Shown: positions 38,670-49,766, numbered from the stretch's first letter. The stretch: DNA of 63,553 bases from Aliivibrio sp. (GCA_024206155.1 JAAGZR010000662.1:1-63553); one strand, 5' to 3'. Translations and numbers: made by a program. Notes: generated by a model from the sequence alone, not told the origin.

Positions 38670-41600
38670 CTAATTCTTAAGTCCATTTGCTTTGTCTTTA
38701 GCCTGACGTATTTTGTTCTCGTTTCCAAGGCTAACTTTAAATACCAGACCGTTTATTATACAGTTCTCATCTTTTACGTCATGCTCTAGTTTGATTTGAT
38801 AAAATACCGCTTTGCTGTTTGGTGGAGAGTAGGCGATGCTTACACCTTTCCAGGCGCCTTCTCCAATATTAGCGGAATCTAGCGTTGTAAAGTTTTCACT
38901 TAAGTCTAGAGCCATAGAAGCTGTAACTGCCGACGGACCCTTACCTTCAAATTGTACAATGGTATGACTCATATCCTTAGTCTTTCCTGGATCTCCAAAA
39001 TGCTGAGGTCCATAAGTAAAGGAAGAAACTATAGGACTATCATCGTCCCTGTAATCTGTCACGTTTTTAGCGTCGCGGTTTTGGAATATCCGCCCTTTAA
39101 AATTACCAAACCAAAATTTGTCTGTAGTTTGTTTAGCGCTGGCCATTGGTATATTATCATAAAACATCCAACTACCTTCGGCTTGCTTACTCATTGATTC
39201 AAAATTATAAACCATTACTTCATTATTAATGCTGCTTCCTTTAGCAGGTACTGCCATTTTGTAGTTTAGCGTGAAGTTATCAGCAATGCCATAACCCCTT
39301 AATTTTAATGTTTCTGTATCTAAAGCTTTGTAATATTTGTCTAAAATGTCTCCTACATATTTTACATTAAGATCACGAGTTACTTTGTACACACCGTTAT
39401 CATTAGCAAAAAATATAGTATCATCCGTCCTTGCAATACTATCCGGGATAGTACAACCTTGTCCTAAAGACTGTAACTTTTGAGTTTGTTTAGTTTTAAT
39501 ATCTACCGCATAAACGCTGTTTGTTTTAAACACAATTATGGTAGAAGCAAATTGAGCAGCTCCAGTTGAAGACTCACTAAAGAAAGAAGCTAATCCTGTA
39601 ATTTCTTGACCATCACTGGCATTAACGTCAATAACACTGAAAGATTTAAACTGATCATCGGCATAAGGATTGTCAACGGATTCTGGATAATTTTGATAGC
39701 TAACCACCAGTCTAGAAGGGAATACAGCTTCTCCTCCTAGTATAGGATTAGCACTTAAAAAACCGTTACTAAATATTTCAAATCCATCTGGATTATTGGT
39801 ATATAAAATACGGAAAGTTAGATCTAAAGTTGATTGTTGTCTGATATCTACATTACCAGAACCTACTGTTTGACCCCACCTAGTGTATCCCCAATCACCC
39901 AAAACGTAATTAGGAGGATAGGCGCCACCAGTTGTAGGTTCGCTATTTATTTCTTCAGCAATTCTTGCATAGTAGCCGTTATCTGCCATTACAGTATTAA
40001 TAGCTCTACTCCAATTACGAGTAGCCTTGGAAGTTAAATTACTGGGTAGGGTTATATCACTGTTTGGTTCGTTATCTGCATACGCAACATCCCATATAGG
40101 AATTACATCTTCTGTAGTGAGCACTATCTGAAGACTCGAAGTAGACACACTAGGATCAAATTCTTCTGCTATAAATAAAGGAACTCGAATGTAAACTTCG
40201 TTATTGCTGTCGATCTTAGTGACTTTGTGCCAACCAACCAAAGACCCCACAAAATCGTTACCATAATCTTCTGGCACCCCATCTTTAGCTATGATGTTAC
40301 AATATCTAGTGGCATTAGCACCCACTACATTTGTGCCTGCAGTAGTTATCTTTAGGAATCCCACATCTTCGGATTCATTAGCACTATTATCAAAATCTGA
40401 TCCAATAGCTGCCGTACTTTTATGTATCGAGCTTATATCATCAACTGTGATACCGGAACTGCTGCTGTCGACAAATTTAGTAGTGATATCATAGTCAACT
40501 GACACATACGTAGCTCTAAGAGTTACACTAGTGTCAATTAAGTTTTTTATTGTTGCACTATTTTTAGCCCAAGTTGTAAATAATTCTGGTTGAGATTTTA
40601 CATTTCCATAGACCATAAATCCACCAGTGGATAATAGATATTGAGAAAGTGGAGGTCTAGCCGCCGCAATTGGTCTTTCTAACGCAGAACCCCCAAGACT
40701 GCTTATTTGTGCATTACTTATAAAATCAGTTCCAGAATTAACTCCTGATCGTAGTTCACTTCTAATTATTGTATTGTTTTTACCCGGAGCTAAACTTCCA
40801 TCTGTAGTTGTATCTGCTATTACAACTGTGTGAATAGCTTGGGCGTCACTGGCTTGAAACCCTGTTAAATCTTTAAGTGCAGGAGTATCGTCTACTTTAT
40901 AGAATATTGGAGTAACATCGGCGATAGAAGGGGCACCCACAGTCCGGTACATGGCCACCTTTAAACGATCCCACTCAGTAGTACCATTTCCAGTACTTGG
41001 AAGTTTTACACAGTGCATGACAACACTAGGTCTAGTTATAGTAACAATAGCATCTACATAACTATTCGGAGTTCCTGCTATAATTTTATTATTTCTATCG
41101 GTGTATTCTATACGGAAGTAATAACCAAAACTAGTCGGCTCAAAAACACTGACAACATTATTACCTGCAAAAGCACTAGTATCTGTCATAGCAATAGTGA
41201 GCTGATCTGTGTCCCTATCAATGCTGCTTATAGTCCCATCTACAATAGCAGAACCGTCACTACTTTCTACACTAATATCTTGACCTAAGAACAGAGTACT
41301 CGGGATTGAATCCGTTAGTATAAGTTCAATATCTACATTTAAATTTACTGTAGTTATTTTTCCTGCAATTGCATTTGGACTAATAAAGCCATACTCATCT
41401 TCATTAACTCCTATTTGTTTAGGAACTAACCAGCTATGATGGTATATTGGATACTCTTGGATGCCAGCATCGCTAATGTGAGTTCCGTCAAACTTAATCA
41501 CTGATCTGTCGTAAGTAGTCGTATACAAAGAATCATTTAGGGCTGCCAGTTCAGTACTATACTCGCCAGTAGGTTCAAATGGAAAGTCTTTAGATATATT

Positions 41601-43781
41601 ATTATTAGGCCTAAGAGGAAGAGCTAACCTACCATCTAGCGTTATTTGAGTTGCTGCGCCAAAAAAGTTACTTACTGTAATTACTTCATTAATAGTTACA
41701 CTTTCATTAGCCACATCTACCGACAATATTTTAAATCTTCTTTTAAAGCCACTAATTCTAACCACGTCTTGAGGGACTATACCCTCAACACTATTAACAA
41801 AAATAACGTTTGTATCTCTATCCCAAGTAACATCTACAGAACCTGGAAATAAACGTTCACTAGTGACAGGATCAAGCCACATACGATAGTTTACATCATC
41901 AAGATAAAAAACTTCACTTCCTAACAAACCACCAAGATTGTTAATTTTATCTCCAATTTTTAAATCATCAAAATTAGAAGAATCCATAATAATATAATCA
42001 GTAAAAATGCCCATAGTAATTAAACCAGTAGCATTTGCTACATAAGTTTCTAAGTCTGGAATAGTCACAGTAATGCTTATACGGTCATTAAGGTCTATAT
42101 CGGTTTCTATACTAGCTGCACTAATAGTAAACTCTCCATTATAAACGTTGTATTCTGCTCCAGTTGTTGTTAGCCTATCTATTCCAGCTTCCACTCCTGC
42201 AATACTTCCAGTAATGTTAGTAACAATTTCACTCAAAAAAGTTGCTGTTCCGTCGCCGTTATTTGTAATGGATTCTACAGAAATAAGACTATTGTTAAAT
42301 TGATCACAATTTATGCCTCGCCCTCTTCCATCTCCTATAGCCAAGGCACTAGCACCAAAGTATGGAGTTAGGTACTGAGCAGCTGCAGTTTGCTCGGCTA
42401 TTTGAGAAGCTGTCGCCGTATAAGTAGTAACTAAATCATCTATCCAAAGATCGCCTCCGCTAACCGCAGTAAGCTTTTCTAAAGCAACGCTTCTATATTC
42501 ATCAACTTCTCTAACAAAGGCAAATTCAGGAGCTGTAGAAGAAACAACAACACCGTCCCAATTAATTCCGTGCAAAGCCAAGTCAGCATTAGGTAAATCA
42601 TAAATACTAGTATCTATAGGAGGGGTGCTATCATCAATTTTGCTTACAATAACACCTGCAGACACAGGAAGTCCGGGAAGATAAACCGCTTTAAATACAC
42701 TATCTTGTACAGGATAAAAATCAAAGCACAGTTCTTGGGTGCTTTGGGTATATTTGACAGCGTCTGGAACCACAAAAGTTTGATTACCGCTAGCATCTAC
42801 TCTATATAAAGCCCATAAATTAGTATTAGTTGTTACATTTTCAAGACAAAAAACTTTAGGAATGTTATTATCAATATCACTTTGAGTAGATTTATCTATA
42901 AAAGCCGCAGTTTGATAAGCGTCATTTACAGTGATTAAGTAGACATAAACATCGTTAGTAGTTCCTACATTAAAATCAACGGTAACATCTCCAGACCCAC
43001 TAATCATAATCTCATCTGGATAAACAAAATCTCTCTTCAGTCCAGTGCCGTCATCTTGCCACACTTGAACAATAAAATTATCCCCGGCAAGTCCATGAGT
43101 GACTGCAGTAATGGTAAAAGTATTGTCTCCTACAACTGGAGTAGTATTAGTGTAAAATTCAGATCCATTTACAACATTTTGATCAGGAGAATATAGAGTA
43201 TAAGTTTCGTTTCCAAATTGAACCGGAGATTCAAACTCTAAATTAAATTGATAAGTTGCATTTATATTATCAAACTCATTTTGAAGATTATTAATTAAAA
43301 CAGCTTCATTATTTGAAGTATCATTTGGATCTTGTCTTACAATTGCAGCCATTAAGTTTAAATCGTTAGATTGAGAAATTGTAATGTTAGCTTGCCAAAT
43401 AGTTCCTGCTGGAGTTCCGACAAGAGTAAATGCACCAAGATTATCAAACTGTTGCCAATAAAAATTAACAGACTCAAGCTCGCCTGTATTAGTGTTTATT
43501 GCTTGACCATTAATCACAATAGGACCGCTAGGAACCCCAAGTAAATCAATTGAGGGGTCTGCCACTATTTCCCAGTTGTTTCCCCGATCTCCCACATTCG
43601 TAACACGTATAGGAATATTTCTATGAAGTTCATAGCCAGTTCGTTTTTTTATAAAACCATCTGTGTCAGTGTCAAAATTGTACGCAATTTCGGCACGACC
43701 TATTGGTATGTTTGAAATAGCAGAGCGTTGATCGACTCCTCTTGCTATGAATATTTGGGGTTGTGTTGACTTTTCACCCAT
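38670..43781 (-). CDS. Tail nozzle/stabilisation-type protein (P22 gp10 / T7 gp12 role), greatly enlarged
   Basis: N-terminal NFDTDTDGFIKKRTGY; C-terminal propeller-like GQEITGL..IIVFKTNSVY..GCTIPDSI..IFFANDNGVY and HFGDPGKTK; follows the adaptor gene. Confidence 0.65.
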   Translation of the reverse strand: MGEKSTQPQIFIARGVDQRSAISNIPIGRAEIAYNFDTDTDGFIKKRTGYELHRNIPIRVTNVGDRGNNWEIVADPSIDLLGVPSGPIVINGQAINTNTGELESVNFYWQQFDNLGAFTLVGTPAGTIWQANITISQSNDLNLMAAIVRQDPNDTSNNEAVLINNLQNEFDNINATYQFNLEFESPVQFGNETYTLYSPDQNVVNGSEFYTNTTPVVGDNTFTITAVTHGLAGDNFIVQVWQDDGTGLKRDFVYPDEIMISGSGDVTVDFNVGTTNDVYVYLITVNDAYQTAAFIDKSTQSDIDNNIPKVFCLENVTTNTNLWALYRVDASGNQTFVVPDAVKYTQSTQELCFDFYPVQDSVFKAVYLPGLPVSAGVIVSKIDDSTPPIDTSIYDLPNADLALHGINWDGVVVSSTAPEFAFVREVDEYRSVALEKLTAVSGGDLWIDDLVTTYTATASQIAEQTAAAQYLTPYFGASALAIGDGRGRGINCDQFNNSLISVESITNNGDGTATFLSEIVTNITGSIAGVEAGIDRLTTTGAEYNVYNGEFTISAASIETDIDLNDRISITVTIPDLETYVANATGLITMGIFTDYIIMDSSNFDDLKIGDKINNLGGLLGSEVFYLDDVNYRMWLDPVTSERLFPGSVDVTWDRDTNVIFVNSVEGIVPQDVVRISGFKRRFKILSVDVANESVTINEVITVSNFFGAATQITLDGRLALPLRPNNNISKDFPFEPTGEYSTELAALNDSLYTTTYDRSVIKFDGTHISDAGIQEYPIYHHSWLVPKQIGVNEDEYGFISPNAIAGKITTVNLNVDIELILTDSIPSTLFLGQDISVESSDGSAIVDGTISSIDRDTDQLTIAMTDTSAFAGNNVVSVFEPTSFGYYFRIEYTDRNNKIIAGTPNSYVDAIVTITRPSVVMHCVKLPSTGNGTTEWDRLKVAMYRTVGAPSIADVTPIFYKVDDTPALKDLTGFQASDAQAIHTVVIADTTTDGSLAPGKNNTIIRSELRSGVNSGTDFISNAQISSLGGSALERPIAAARPPLSQYLLSTGGFMVYGNVKSQPELFTTWAKNSATIKNLIDTSVTLRATYVSVDYDITTKFVDSSSSGITVDDISSIHKSTAAIGSDFDNSANESEDVGFLKITTAGTNVVGANATRYCNIIAKDGVPEDYGNDFVGSLVGWHKVTKIDSNNEVYIRVPLFIAEEFDPSVSTSSLQIVLTTEDVIPIWDVAYADNEPNSDITLPSNLTSKATRNWSRAINTVMADNGYYARIAEEINSEPTTGGAYPPNYVLGDWGYTRWGQTVGSGNVDIRQQSTLDLTFRILYTNNPDGFEIFSNGFLSANPILGGEAVFPSRLVVSYQNYPESVDNPYADDQFKSFSVIDVNASDGQEITGLASFFSESSTGAAQFASTIIVFKTNSVYAVDIKTKQTQKLQSLGQGCTIPDSIARTDDTIFFANDNGVYKVTRDLNVKYVGDILDKYYKALDTETLKLRGYGIADNFTLNYKMAVPAKGSSINNEVMVYNFESMSKQAEGSWMFYDNIPMASAKQTTDKFWFGNFKGRIFQNRDAKNVTDYRDDDSPIVSSFTYGPQHFGDPGKTKDMSHTIVQFEGKGPSAVTASMALDLSENFTTLDSANIGEGAWKGVSIAYSPPNSKAVFYQIKLEHDVKDENCIINGLVFKVSLGNENKIRQAKDKANGLKN

Positions 43782-43864
43782 ACTAGAGTAACTCCCAGGT
43801 TTTATTACATCGGTTTTAGTATATAAATTAATACCTATATTTTTATTTTAAACACTATTATTTA

Positions 43865-44848
43865 TTAAGTCCAGTTGCGATAACGTTTTGATGACCACAC
43901 CCGAGAAAAAGCTCTTTTGTATTTTGAGGCTGGCCTACGTTTCCAAGCACCTTCTACTCTGTCTTTAAGCTCTCGCAGTTTCCCTTCTTCAAAGCTAAGA
44001 TTAGCCACACCTAGCGAACGCTGTATTTCATTTACAGCATACTGAACAATGTAATTAGTTGTAGGAGTTTTAAAGTACACAGTTCCACTACCACTAACTT
44101 CACTAATAATGTCGTCAAGTTTTACGTCGTCAGGAATGCTAGAGCTTACTGTTAGGTTGTATACTGTGCTTCTAGTTGGTGTAGATTTAAATGTCAGTTT
44201 GTTTCCGTCGATGGATTCAACTTGCAAAGTGCACTTATACAAGCCTGTTTCTCTATCGACTATGTTGATGTATTTACCGTAAGCATTTGACGGATTTACG
44301 GGAACAAGACCTTCTCCTGTATTACGCAATTCATCTAGAACAATAAAATTGCCAGCTTGATCAATTATTTCTATCGAGCCCTGATCTAAACGAAGAGGTA
44401 GAGGAGAATCCGCGTACCATACCCTGTGAAGATATTTTGAAACCCCTTTTGCAGGGCCTATTTGAATACTACGACCTATGATCGAAAACACGTAAGGGTA
44501 AGACCCTGTAATATTATTAAGAGCACCCAAATCATTTAAGTTGTCTGTTTCTGCAACTTTAGTTCGATATCCATCAGTACTAGCGCTCGCTCCATTTTGG
44601 TAAAACTCGACAAGCATAATACGATCTTCCCAAACGTTATCGGGTATAGTAATAATACCGTTTTCGTCTGGGTATGTCTCAATATATTTAATGATGGGAT
44701 CTGGATATAACCTTCCCATAATATCAAAAGCGTCATCATACGCACGATTCAATGCTTCTAGTATTTGAATATTACTCAATCTTTCTTCATTGATTTCGCT
44801 ACATTGATTACGGACTTGACTCATCAAATCTCTAGTTGTGTATATCAT
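43865..44848 (-). CDS. Head-tail adaptor / tail tubular protein A-like
   Basis: N-terminal helical pattern (DLMSQVRNQ...QILEALNRAY) and gene position. Confidence 0.6.
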   Translation of the reverse strand: MIYTTRDLMSQVRNQCSEINEERLSNIQILEALNRAYDDAFDIMGRLYPDPIIKYIETYPDENGIITIPDNVWEDRIMLVEFYQNGASASTDGYRTKVAETDNLNDLGALNNITGSYPYVFSIIGRSIQIGPAKGVSKYLHRVWYADSPLPLRLDQGSIEIIDQAGNFIVLDELRNTGEGLVPVNPSNAYGKYINIVDRETGLYKCTLQVESIDGNKLTFKSTPTRSTVYNLTVSSSIPDDVKLDDIISEVSGSGTVYFKTPTTNYIVQYAVNEIQRSLGVANLSFEEGKLRELKDRVEGAWKRRPASKYKRAFSRVWSSKRYRNWT

Positions 44849-44857
44849 TCGCTATCC

Positions 44858-45091
44858 TTATAGGTCAAGCATTGGCGATTCTGGATTCCCATCTATTTCT
44901 TCGTCAACTTCTACAGCCATATCTTCTGGCTCGATTAGACCTCTTTTTTCGGCTTCTGCCATTAACTCTTCGTCGCTAATACTTTCTAAAGCAGACTTTG
45001 GTTCTTTTGGAAGACCCTCTTCCATTTCTAGATCCAGTTCCATACTTTCTTCTTCAGCCGGTCCTGGCATTGCTAATTTACTTAAATCCAT
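44858..45091 (-). CDS. Small acidic protein
   Basis: GGAG SD before MDLSKL; the track's upstream extension runs over the promoter. Confidence 0.55.
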   Translation of the reverse strand: MDLSKLAMPGPAEEESMELDLEMEEGLPKEPKSALESISDEELMAEAEKRGLIEPEDMAVEVDEEIDGNPESPMLDL

Positions 45092-45121
45092 AACTTTTCT
45101 CCATTTTTGTTGCCTTGTGCC

Positions 45122-45150
45122 ACAATAGCACAAATAAAGTTTGTTGTCAA
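45122..45150 (-). promoter_or_regulatory. Sigma70-type promoter for the tail genes
   Basis: TTGACA-N17-TATTGT with TGn. Confidence 0.6.
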
Positions 45151-45153
45151 GTA

Positions 45154-45294
45154 CTAATCTTCTCCGCGTTTTTGCTTCGATATTTTAATTGCTATTTCTT
45201 GCTGTTTTGCTCTACGTTTTGATGAGTGGGTTCCAAGAACTCTACTGCCGTCTTTAGTGTAAAGCTTCCATTTATCTCCAGATTTTTTTATCAT
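45154..45294 (-). CDS. 46-aa basic protein (absent from the ORF track)
   Basis: MIKKSGDKWKLYTKDGSRVLGTHSSKRRAKQQEIAIKISKQKRGED*; resembles a small motif recurrent in phage head modules. Confidence 0.6.
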   Translation of the reverse strand: MIKKSGDKWKLYTKDGSRVLGTHSSKRRAKQQEIAIKISKQKRGED

Positions 45295-45360
45295 AATTTT
45301 TCAGTAGCCCTTTTTTATCAGATCCTTTTTATTTCAATAATTATTACAGTCATACTATCC

Positions 45361-46431
45361 CTACGGAACAGACCTAAATATCTCGACCCAATTAGAGTCG
45401 TTGCTCGCATACATAAAACCTATACGAATAGATCCGTTTGTCAAAGTAAAGTCAGAAGAGTTACCCGTAATTATATTCCCAACGTTATGTTTTATTACTA
45501 TGTTTCTAGAAGCCGAAGTAGCAGCAAGAATAATTATTTCTCCATCGTTACCGTTATTTATAGTAGTTAAATCATCAGTAGCGGCCGAACCCTCAGTGTC
45601 AATTCTCATATAAGAAGAAACGGCATTTATTCCTCCAGAAGATATAACTACATCAACTCTAGGGGTAGCAAGCATAGCTTCGACCGTTACTTTTCCTTCA
45701 AAAGTTTTATCTCCAGCAAAGGTTTGGCCACCAGTGCTAACAGTCCCAGCTTGAGTTGTTGTTGCTTCAGGAATTCCAATAGCGTTTGCAATGTTGGATT
45801 GAAGGCTTATTACGGGATAAGATTCTAAATTTGCATCGGCCCAGGTTGGTTTGCCGTCCAATGAAACATCCCCTGAGACTTTAAAGAAACTAGTAGCACC
45901 GTCAGTATCTATCCTAACCACACTTGTGCCATCTTGAGCCCATGCAAGATTAGGACCTGAAGCGTCACTTCCTAATATAGCAAGTGCTTGGTCTGCATTT
46001 GCACCCGAACCTCTAAAATCAACGCCATCAATACTGACAGTCTTGCTACCATTACCTGATGAAGTGTTTGCAACTATATTAAAAGAAAGTCTCCAATTTC
46101 CTAAAGAATCCGAATAAGCCACTGCCTTTGCAAAAAACAATGTCCAGCCAGAAGGGGTAGAACTGAAAGTCAAATCAACTTCTCTCGTCCTAAACGGACC
46201 ATTTGGCAGTACCAAACCACCATTAGCTGTATTAAAGTCATCATAAGTACCGGAAGTATTTACTAAGGTAGAACCGTCGCAATACGCAAACCCGTCTTTT
46301 TGTTTTACTCCATCTACTACCGGCCAAGAACTGGCGTCTTCAACAATTTGTTGAATGCTAGTTATAGGCTGAGGTGATACTGGTTTTTCTACAAGAATTG
46401 TTCCTTGCTTTTCTGATTGTTTAAGGGTCAT
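45361..46431 (-). CDS. Tail fibre-like protein, paralog of 46490..47605
   Basis: Collar-like GFAYCDG; ATTTQAGTVSTGGQTFAGDKTF; shared C-terminal IDTEGS domain. Confidence 0.65.
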   Translation of the reverse strand: MTLKQSEKQGTILVEKPVSPQPITSIQQIVEDASSWPVVDGVKQKDGFAYCDGSTLVNTSGTYDDFNTANGGLVLPNGPFRTREVDLTFSSTPSGWTLFFAKAVAYSDSLGNWRLSFNIVANTSSGNGSKTVSIDGVDFRGSGANADQALAILGSDASGPNLAWAQDGTSVVRIDTDGATSFFKVSGDVSLDGKPTWADANLESYPVISLQSNIANAIGIPEATTTQAGTVSTGGQTFAGDKTFEGKVTVEAMLATPRVDVVISSGGINAVSSYMRIDTEGSAATDDLTTINNGNDGEIIILAATSASRNIVIKHNVGNIITGNSSDFTLTNGSIRIGFMYASNDSNWVEIFRSVP

Positions 46432-46489
46432 TGTATTGTCCTTATGGAGTAAATTTAATTGCTTTTTAAGGCGGTTAAAGCCTTTTTAA

Positions 46490-47605
46490 CTAGGCATTAT
46501 TGCTTCTACTAATTTCTTTCCAAACACCAGCAGCATATATAAAAGTAATTGTGTCATTGTCAGAGTCCATAACAAAATTACCATCAGTTCTTAGATTTCC
46601 TGCATTATCTACTACAGTCACAACTCTAGCGGAATCTGCAGTAAATAGAGTAATTAAAGTCCCTTCTGGAACCCCTACAGTTTGTATAGTAGTTAGGTTA
46701 TCAGCTGCAGAAGATCCTTCTGTATCTATTTGGTGTAGAGAATGGGTTGGTTGGATTTCTCCTCCCGTTATTGTTAAGTCAGCCCCTCTACTTCGCGCAA
46801 CAAAACCTCCACCAATAATGCTTCCACTAACTGTTAAATCGCCCGATACTGATAAATTTTGAGTACTGATAACATTAGCATTGTTATTATATAAAGCTAT
46901 TATATAGGAGACAGCTACACTTGTAGGCCTTGTTTCTGCATCTGTACTAGTAAGATCATGAGTGTGAGTATCTGATGAAGTAGCTCCTGTCCAACTATCT
47001 TCTGCATTAAATTCGAATCCTCCAAATTCAACATCAGAATTTGTTTTAGATTGCGCTGTACTACTAGGAGAGCCACCTGCACCGCTAAAAGCTCCAGTTG
47101 GATTGTCAGCCCCAGCTCCAATTAAAGCTATAAAATTTCCATCAGCTCTCATAGTTACAGTTCCGGTAATGTTCATGGTTCCTCTACTATGAGTGTGATC
47201 GTAAGAATCATTAGTCATATTATTGCTTACGGTTCCTTGGTCTTGAAAGTCACCACAATCAGCATCTCCATTACCATTATTTCCTGAAGATTTTAAATGC
47301 AAACCATTTAATTTTGGTAATCTAAATTGTCCTGGACCTACTGTACCGGTCTGCCCTAAAGGGTGCGCAAAATTATCCCAAGGAGAAGTTCCTCCCCCCT
47401 TAAGATTAGTAGATAAATCTGGATAATCCGATTCATTTAATATGTTACCTTCACAAACTGCCCAACCTCTAAGTTGTCTTACCCCATTAACTACAGGCCA
47501 ATTAGAAGTATCACCTGCAAAAGGCCTTATTTCCCCAGCAATACCAGCGGACTGGGGATTACCAGTCACTACTATTTGAGATAATTTATCAGAAAGTTTT
47601 GCCAT
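46490..47605 (-). CDS. Tail fibre protein with tail-collar domain
   Basis: GEIRPFAG...GWAVCEG...YPDL...FRLPKL and ETRPTSVAVSYII. Confidence 0.8.
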   Translation of the reverse strand: MAKLSDKLSQIVVTGNPQSAGIAGEIRPFAGDTSNWPVVNGVRQLRGWAVCEGNILNESDYPDLSTNLKGGGTSPWDNFAHPLGQTGTVGPGQFRLPKLNGLHLKSSGNNGNGDADCGDFQDQGTVSNNMTNDSYDHTHSRGTMNITGTVTMRADGNFIALIGAGADNPTGAFSGAGGSPSSTAQSKTNSDVEFGGFEFNAEDSWTGATSSDTHTHDLTSTDAETRPTSVAVSYIIALYNNNANVISTQNLSVSGDLTVSGSIIGGGFVARSRGADLTITGGEIQPTHSLHQIDTEGSSAADNLTTIQTVGVPEGTLITLFTADSARVVTVVDNAGNLRTDGNFVMDSDNDTITFIYAAGVWKEISRSNNA

Positions 47606-47620
47606 GTTAAAATCCTTTTA

Positions 47621-49705
47621 CTAACCTAAAGTGGTATAACAAAATGTGATATGTCTTGCAGTTACTCCAGGACCAGTCATTACTGGTTGCCCAGAAATCC
47701 AGTTGTTAGTAAGTCCTAAACCTCTGTAAAGTCTAATATCACCATTGGTTTCTAAAAATATAATTCCTTGTTCTATTACAGTATTTCTGTCATATATAAA
47801 AACACCAGATCTGACTTCATCAGGACTAAAGGAAGCAGGCAACTGTCCAACAAGTTCCATAAAAGATGCTGATGAAGTCTCAACGTCTAGCTTTATATTT
47901 AAAACTACAAGATCTCCAATCCTTGTTCCTGATAATTCGGCTTGACTGACTGAGTTAGTCCCTGAAACAGAAAGGCCTGTTAAGTTTATAGATTCTTTTT
48001 CTATAACTCCAGCATCTGTAGATGTGGCCCAGTAAGCATCAGTAATTTCCCAATTAAAATCATTTATATTTGTATTAAAAGTTGCACTGCCTACATCTAA
48101 TATATATTCTGTATCAAGACCAAGTTCTGGATCATTAAATTGGTCAGTTGAACCTCTAGTTAAGGTTACTGTGCAACCTCCTCCATTGTTTATGGGGGTA
48201 ACTCTAATAGCTCCTGCATCTGAAATATCAGGCATTGTAGAAGCAGCATTTAAATTAGACCCTCCACCAAAATCTACTAAATAATGAATATTTAAAGATA
48301 AAGTTGCTGGAATAGCATTATAAGCATATTCTTCAATAGTGAGCCCACCTCCGCCGCCGCTGCCACCGCCAACGCCAGCAAGGTCCAAAGCCCAATGAGA
48401 AAGATCACCATCCCAACTTAACTCTAACCAAGAGCCAGTTACATCAAGTTCAAAAGATTCATCTATAGCAAACCCATCTATTTTTTCACCACTAAATGGA
48501 ACAAGCACCACATTGTTATTTGTCCAAGTTTCAGAACTATCAGTTATTCTAATGGAGGCCCTTTTTTTGTCAGTTGCAGATAGTGTAGAAGCTTCCGGAA
48601 GATTAACAGTAATTGTGCCGCTAGTTGTGTTTGTAAGATAGTGTTTACTTATTTGAGCAGATACTGGAGAATCAGTGTCATTGATATATAGAAGCTCTAA
48701 TCCTCCTCCAGATCCCCCGCCAGAACCAGTTCCTCCAACAATATTATTTTGGTTACCATCCCAATAAACAGCAATAGTAGCTCCATCTTCTAAAGTAATA
48801 TCATCATCTGTTCCAGGTTCTATATTTCCAGTTCCTGTTATAGTTAAATTTGATCCTGTCGTATTTTGCAAAAGATAGGTTCTATCAGCTACTGCAGTAA
48901 CTAGATTAAAGTTATTAACAAGACCAGAACCAGAAGGTGTAATTTTAATAAAAGTAGCATCATCAGGAACACTTATAGAACTAGCAACTATAGAAGAAGT
49001 ACCATTTTCTAAATATAGCTCCGGAAAGCTCCCTGTTATTTTACTTGCTTCTACATCATTAATTTTTGCGTCGGTCACAGCTAAATCTTGAATAGCATCC
49101 GTATCTACAGCGTCGTCTGCAATCTCATTATCCGTAATTCCTGAAGCTTTAACCCTAACTACATCAGCGTTAATTTCTATTGTAGAATCATCCACATTAA
49201 CATCAAGCTCGCCTCCTGCGGCTTGAGTCAATCCTTCTCCTGCCAAATCTGCATTGATTTTAGCGGCGGTAACTGCGTCGTCGGCTATTTCATCAGTGCC
49301 TACAGCGCCTGCTTGTATTGAGTCGCTAGTAACGGCGTCAGTAGCTATTTTACTATTAGTTATAGCATCGTCTGCAATATCAATAGTTTCAATGCCTCCG
49401 TCTTTAATATTGTCGCTATCTATATTAGTAATAGTAGCTTTAGCATCGTCAGCATTTATTGTAATATAAGCATCAGCAGTATCAATTGTAAGAGTGTTGC
49501 TGTCACTATTTATTGTTTTATTTGTTAGTGTATTTGCGGAACTATCCGATACAATAGTTTGAATAGAGTCCCCATCTACCACATTTAAAGTAATATTTTT
49601 TTTAGGGGAAAGTGCTGGAGTATCGTCAGCTTTAATTGTGACAGTGAAAGCTCCAGCTCTAAATACAAAGGCTATTACTTTTCTGATGTTACCAATTACA
49701 TCCAT
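47621..49705 (-). CDS. Fibre/spike-like virion protein
   Basis: TLTNKTI, IADDAVT-type repeats, and Gly linkers separating beta domains. Confidence 0.65.
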   Translation of the reverse strand: MDVIGNIRKVIAFVFRAGAFTVTIKADDTPALSPKKNITLNVVDGDSIQTIVSDSSANTLTNKTINSDSNTLTIDTADAYITINADDAKATITNIDSDNIKDGGIETIDIADDAITNSKIATDAVTSDSIQAGAVGTDEIADDAVTAAKINADLAGEGLTQAAGGELDVNVDDSTIEINADVVRVKASGITDNEIADDAVDTDAIQDLAVTDAKINDVEASKITGSFPELYLENGTSSIVASSISVPDDATFIKITPSGSGLVNNFNLVTAVADRTYLLQNTTGSNLTITGTGNIEPGTDDDITLEDGATIAVYWDGNQNNIVGGTGSGGGSGGGLELLYINDTDSPVSAQISKHYLTNTTSGTITVNLPEASTLSATDKKRASIRITDSSETWTNNNVVLVPFSGEKIDGFAIDESFELDVTGSWLELSWDGDLSHWALDLAGVGGGSGGGGGLTIEEYAYNAIPATLSLNIHYLVDFGGGSNLNAASTMPDISDAGAIRVTPINNGGGCTVTLTRGSTDQFNDPELGLDTEYILDVGSATFNTNINDFNWEITDAYWATSTDAGVIEKESINLTGLSVSGTNSVSQAELSGTRIGDLVVLNIKLDVETSSASFMELVGQLPASFSPDEVRSGVFIYDRNTVIEQGIIFLETNGDIRLYRGLGLTNNWISGQPVMTGPGVTARHITFCYTTLG

Positions 49706-49738
49706 TTAATTACATCCTATAAAATAAGATAAGAAGGA

Positions 49739-49759
49739 GGGGAGCCCGAAGGCTCACCC
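49739..49759 (-). terminator. Terminator-like hairpin after the capsid gene
   Basis: GAGCC-TTCG-GGCTC followed by a pyrimidine/T-rich tract on the minus strand. Confidence 0.7.
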
Positions 49760-49766
49760 GAAGAGA

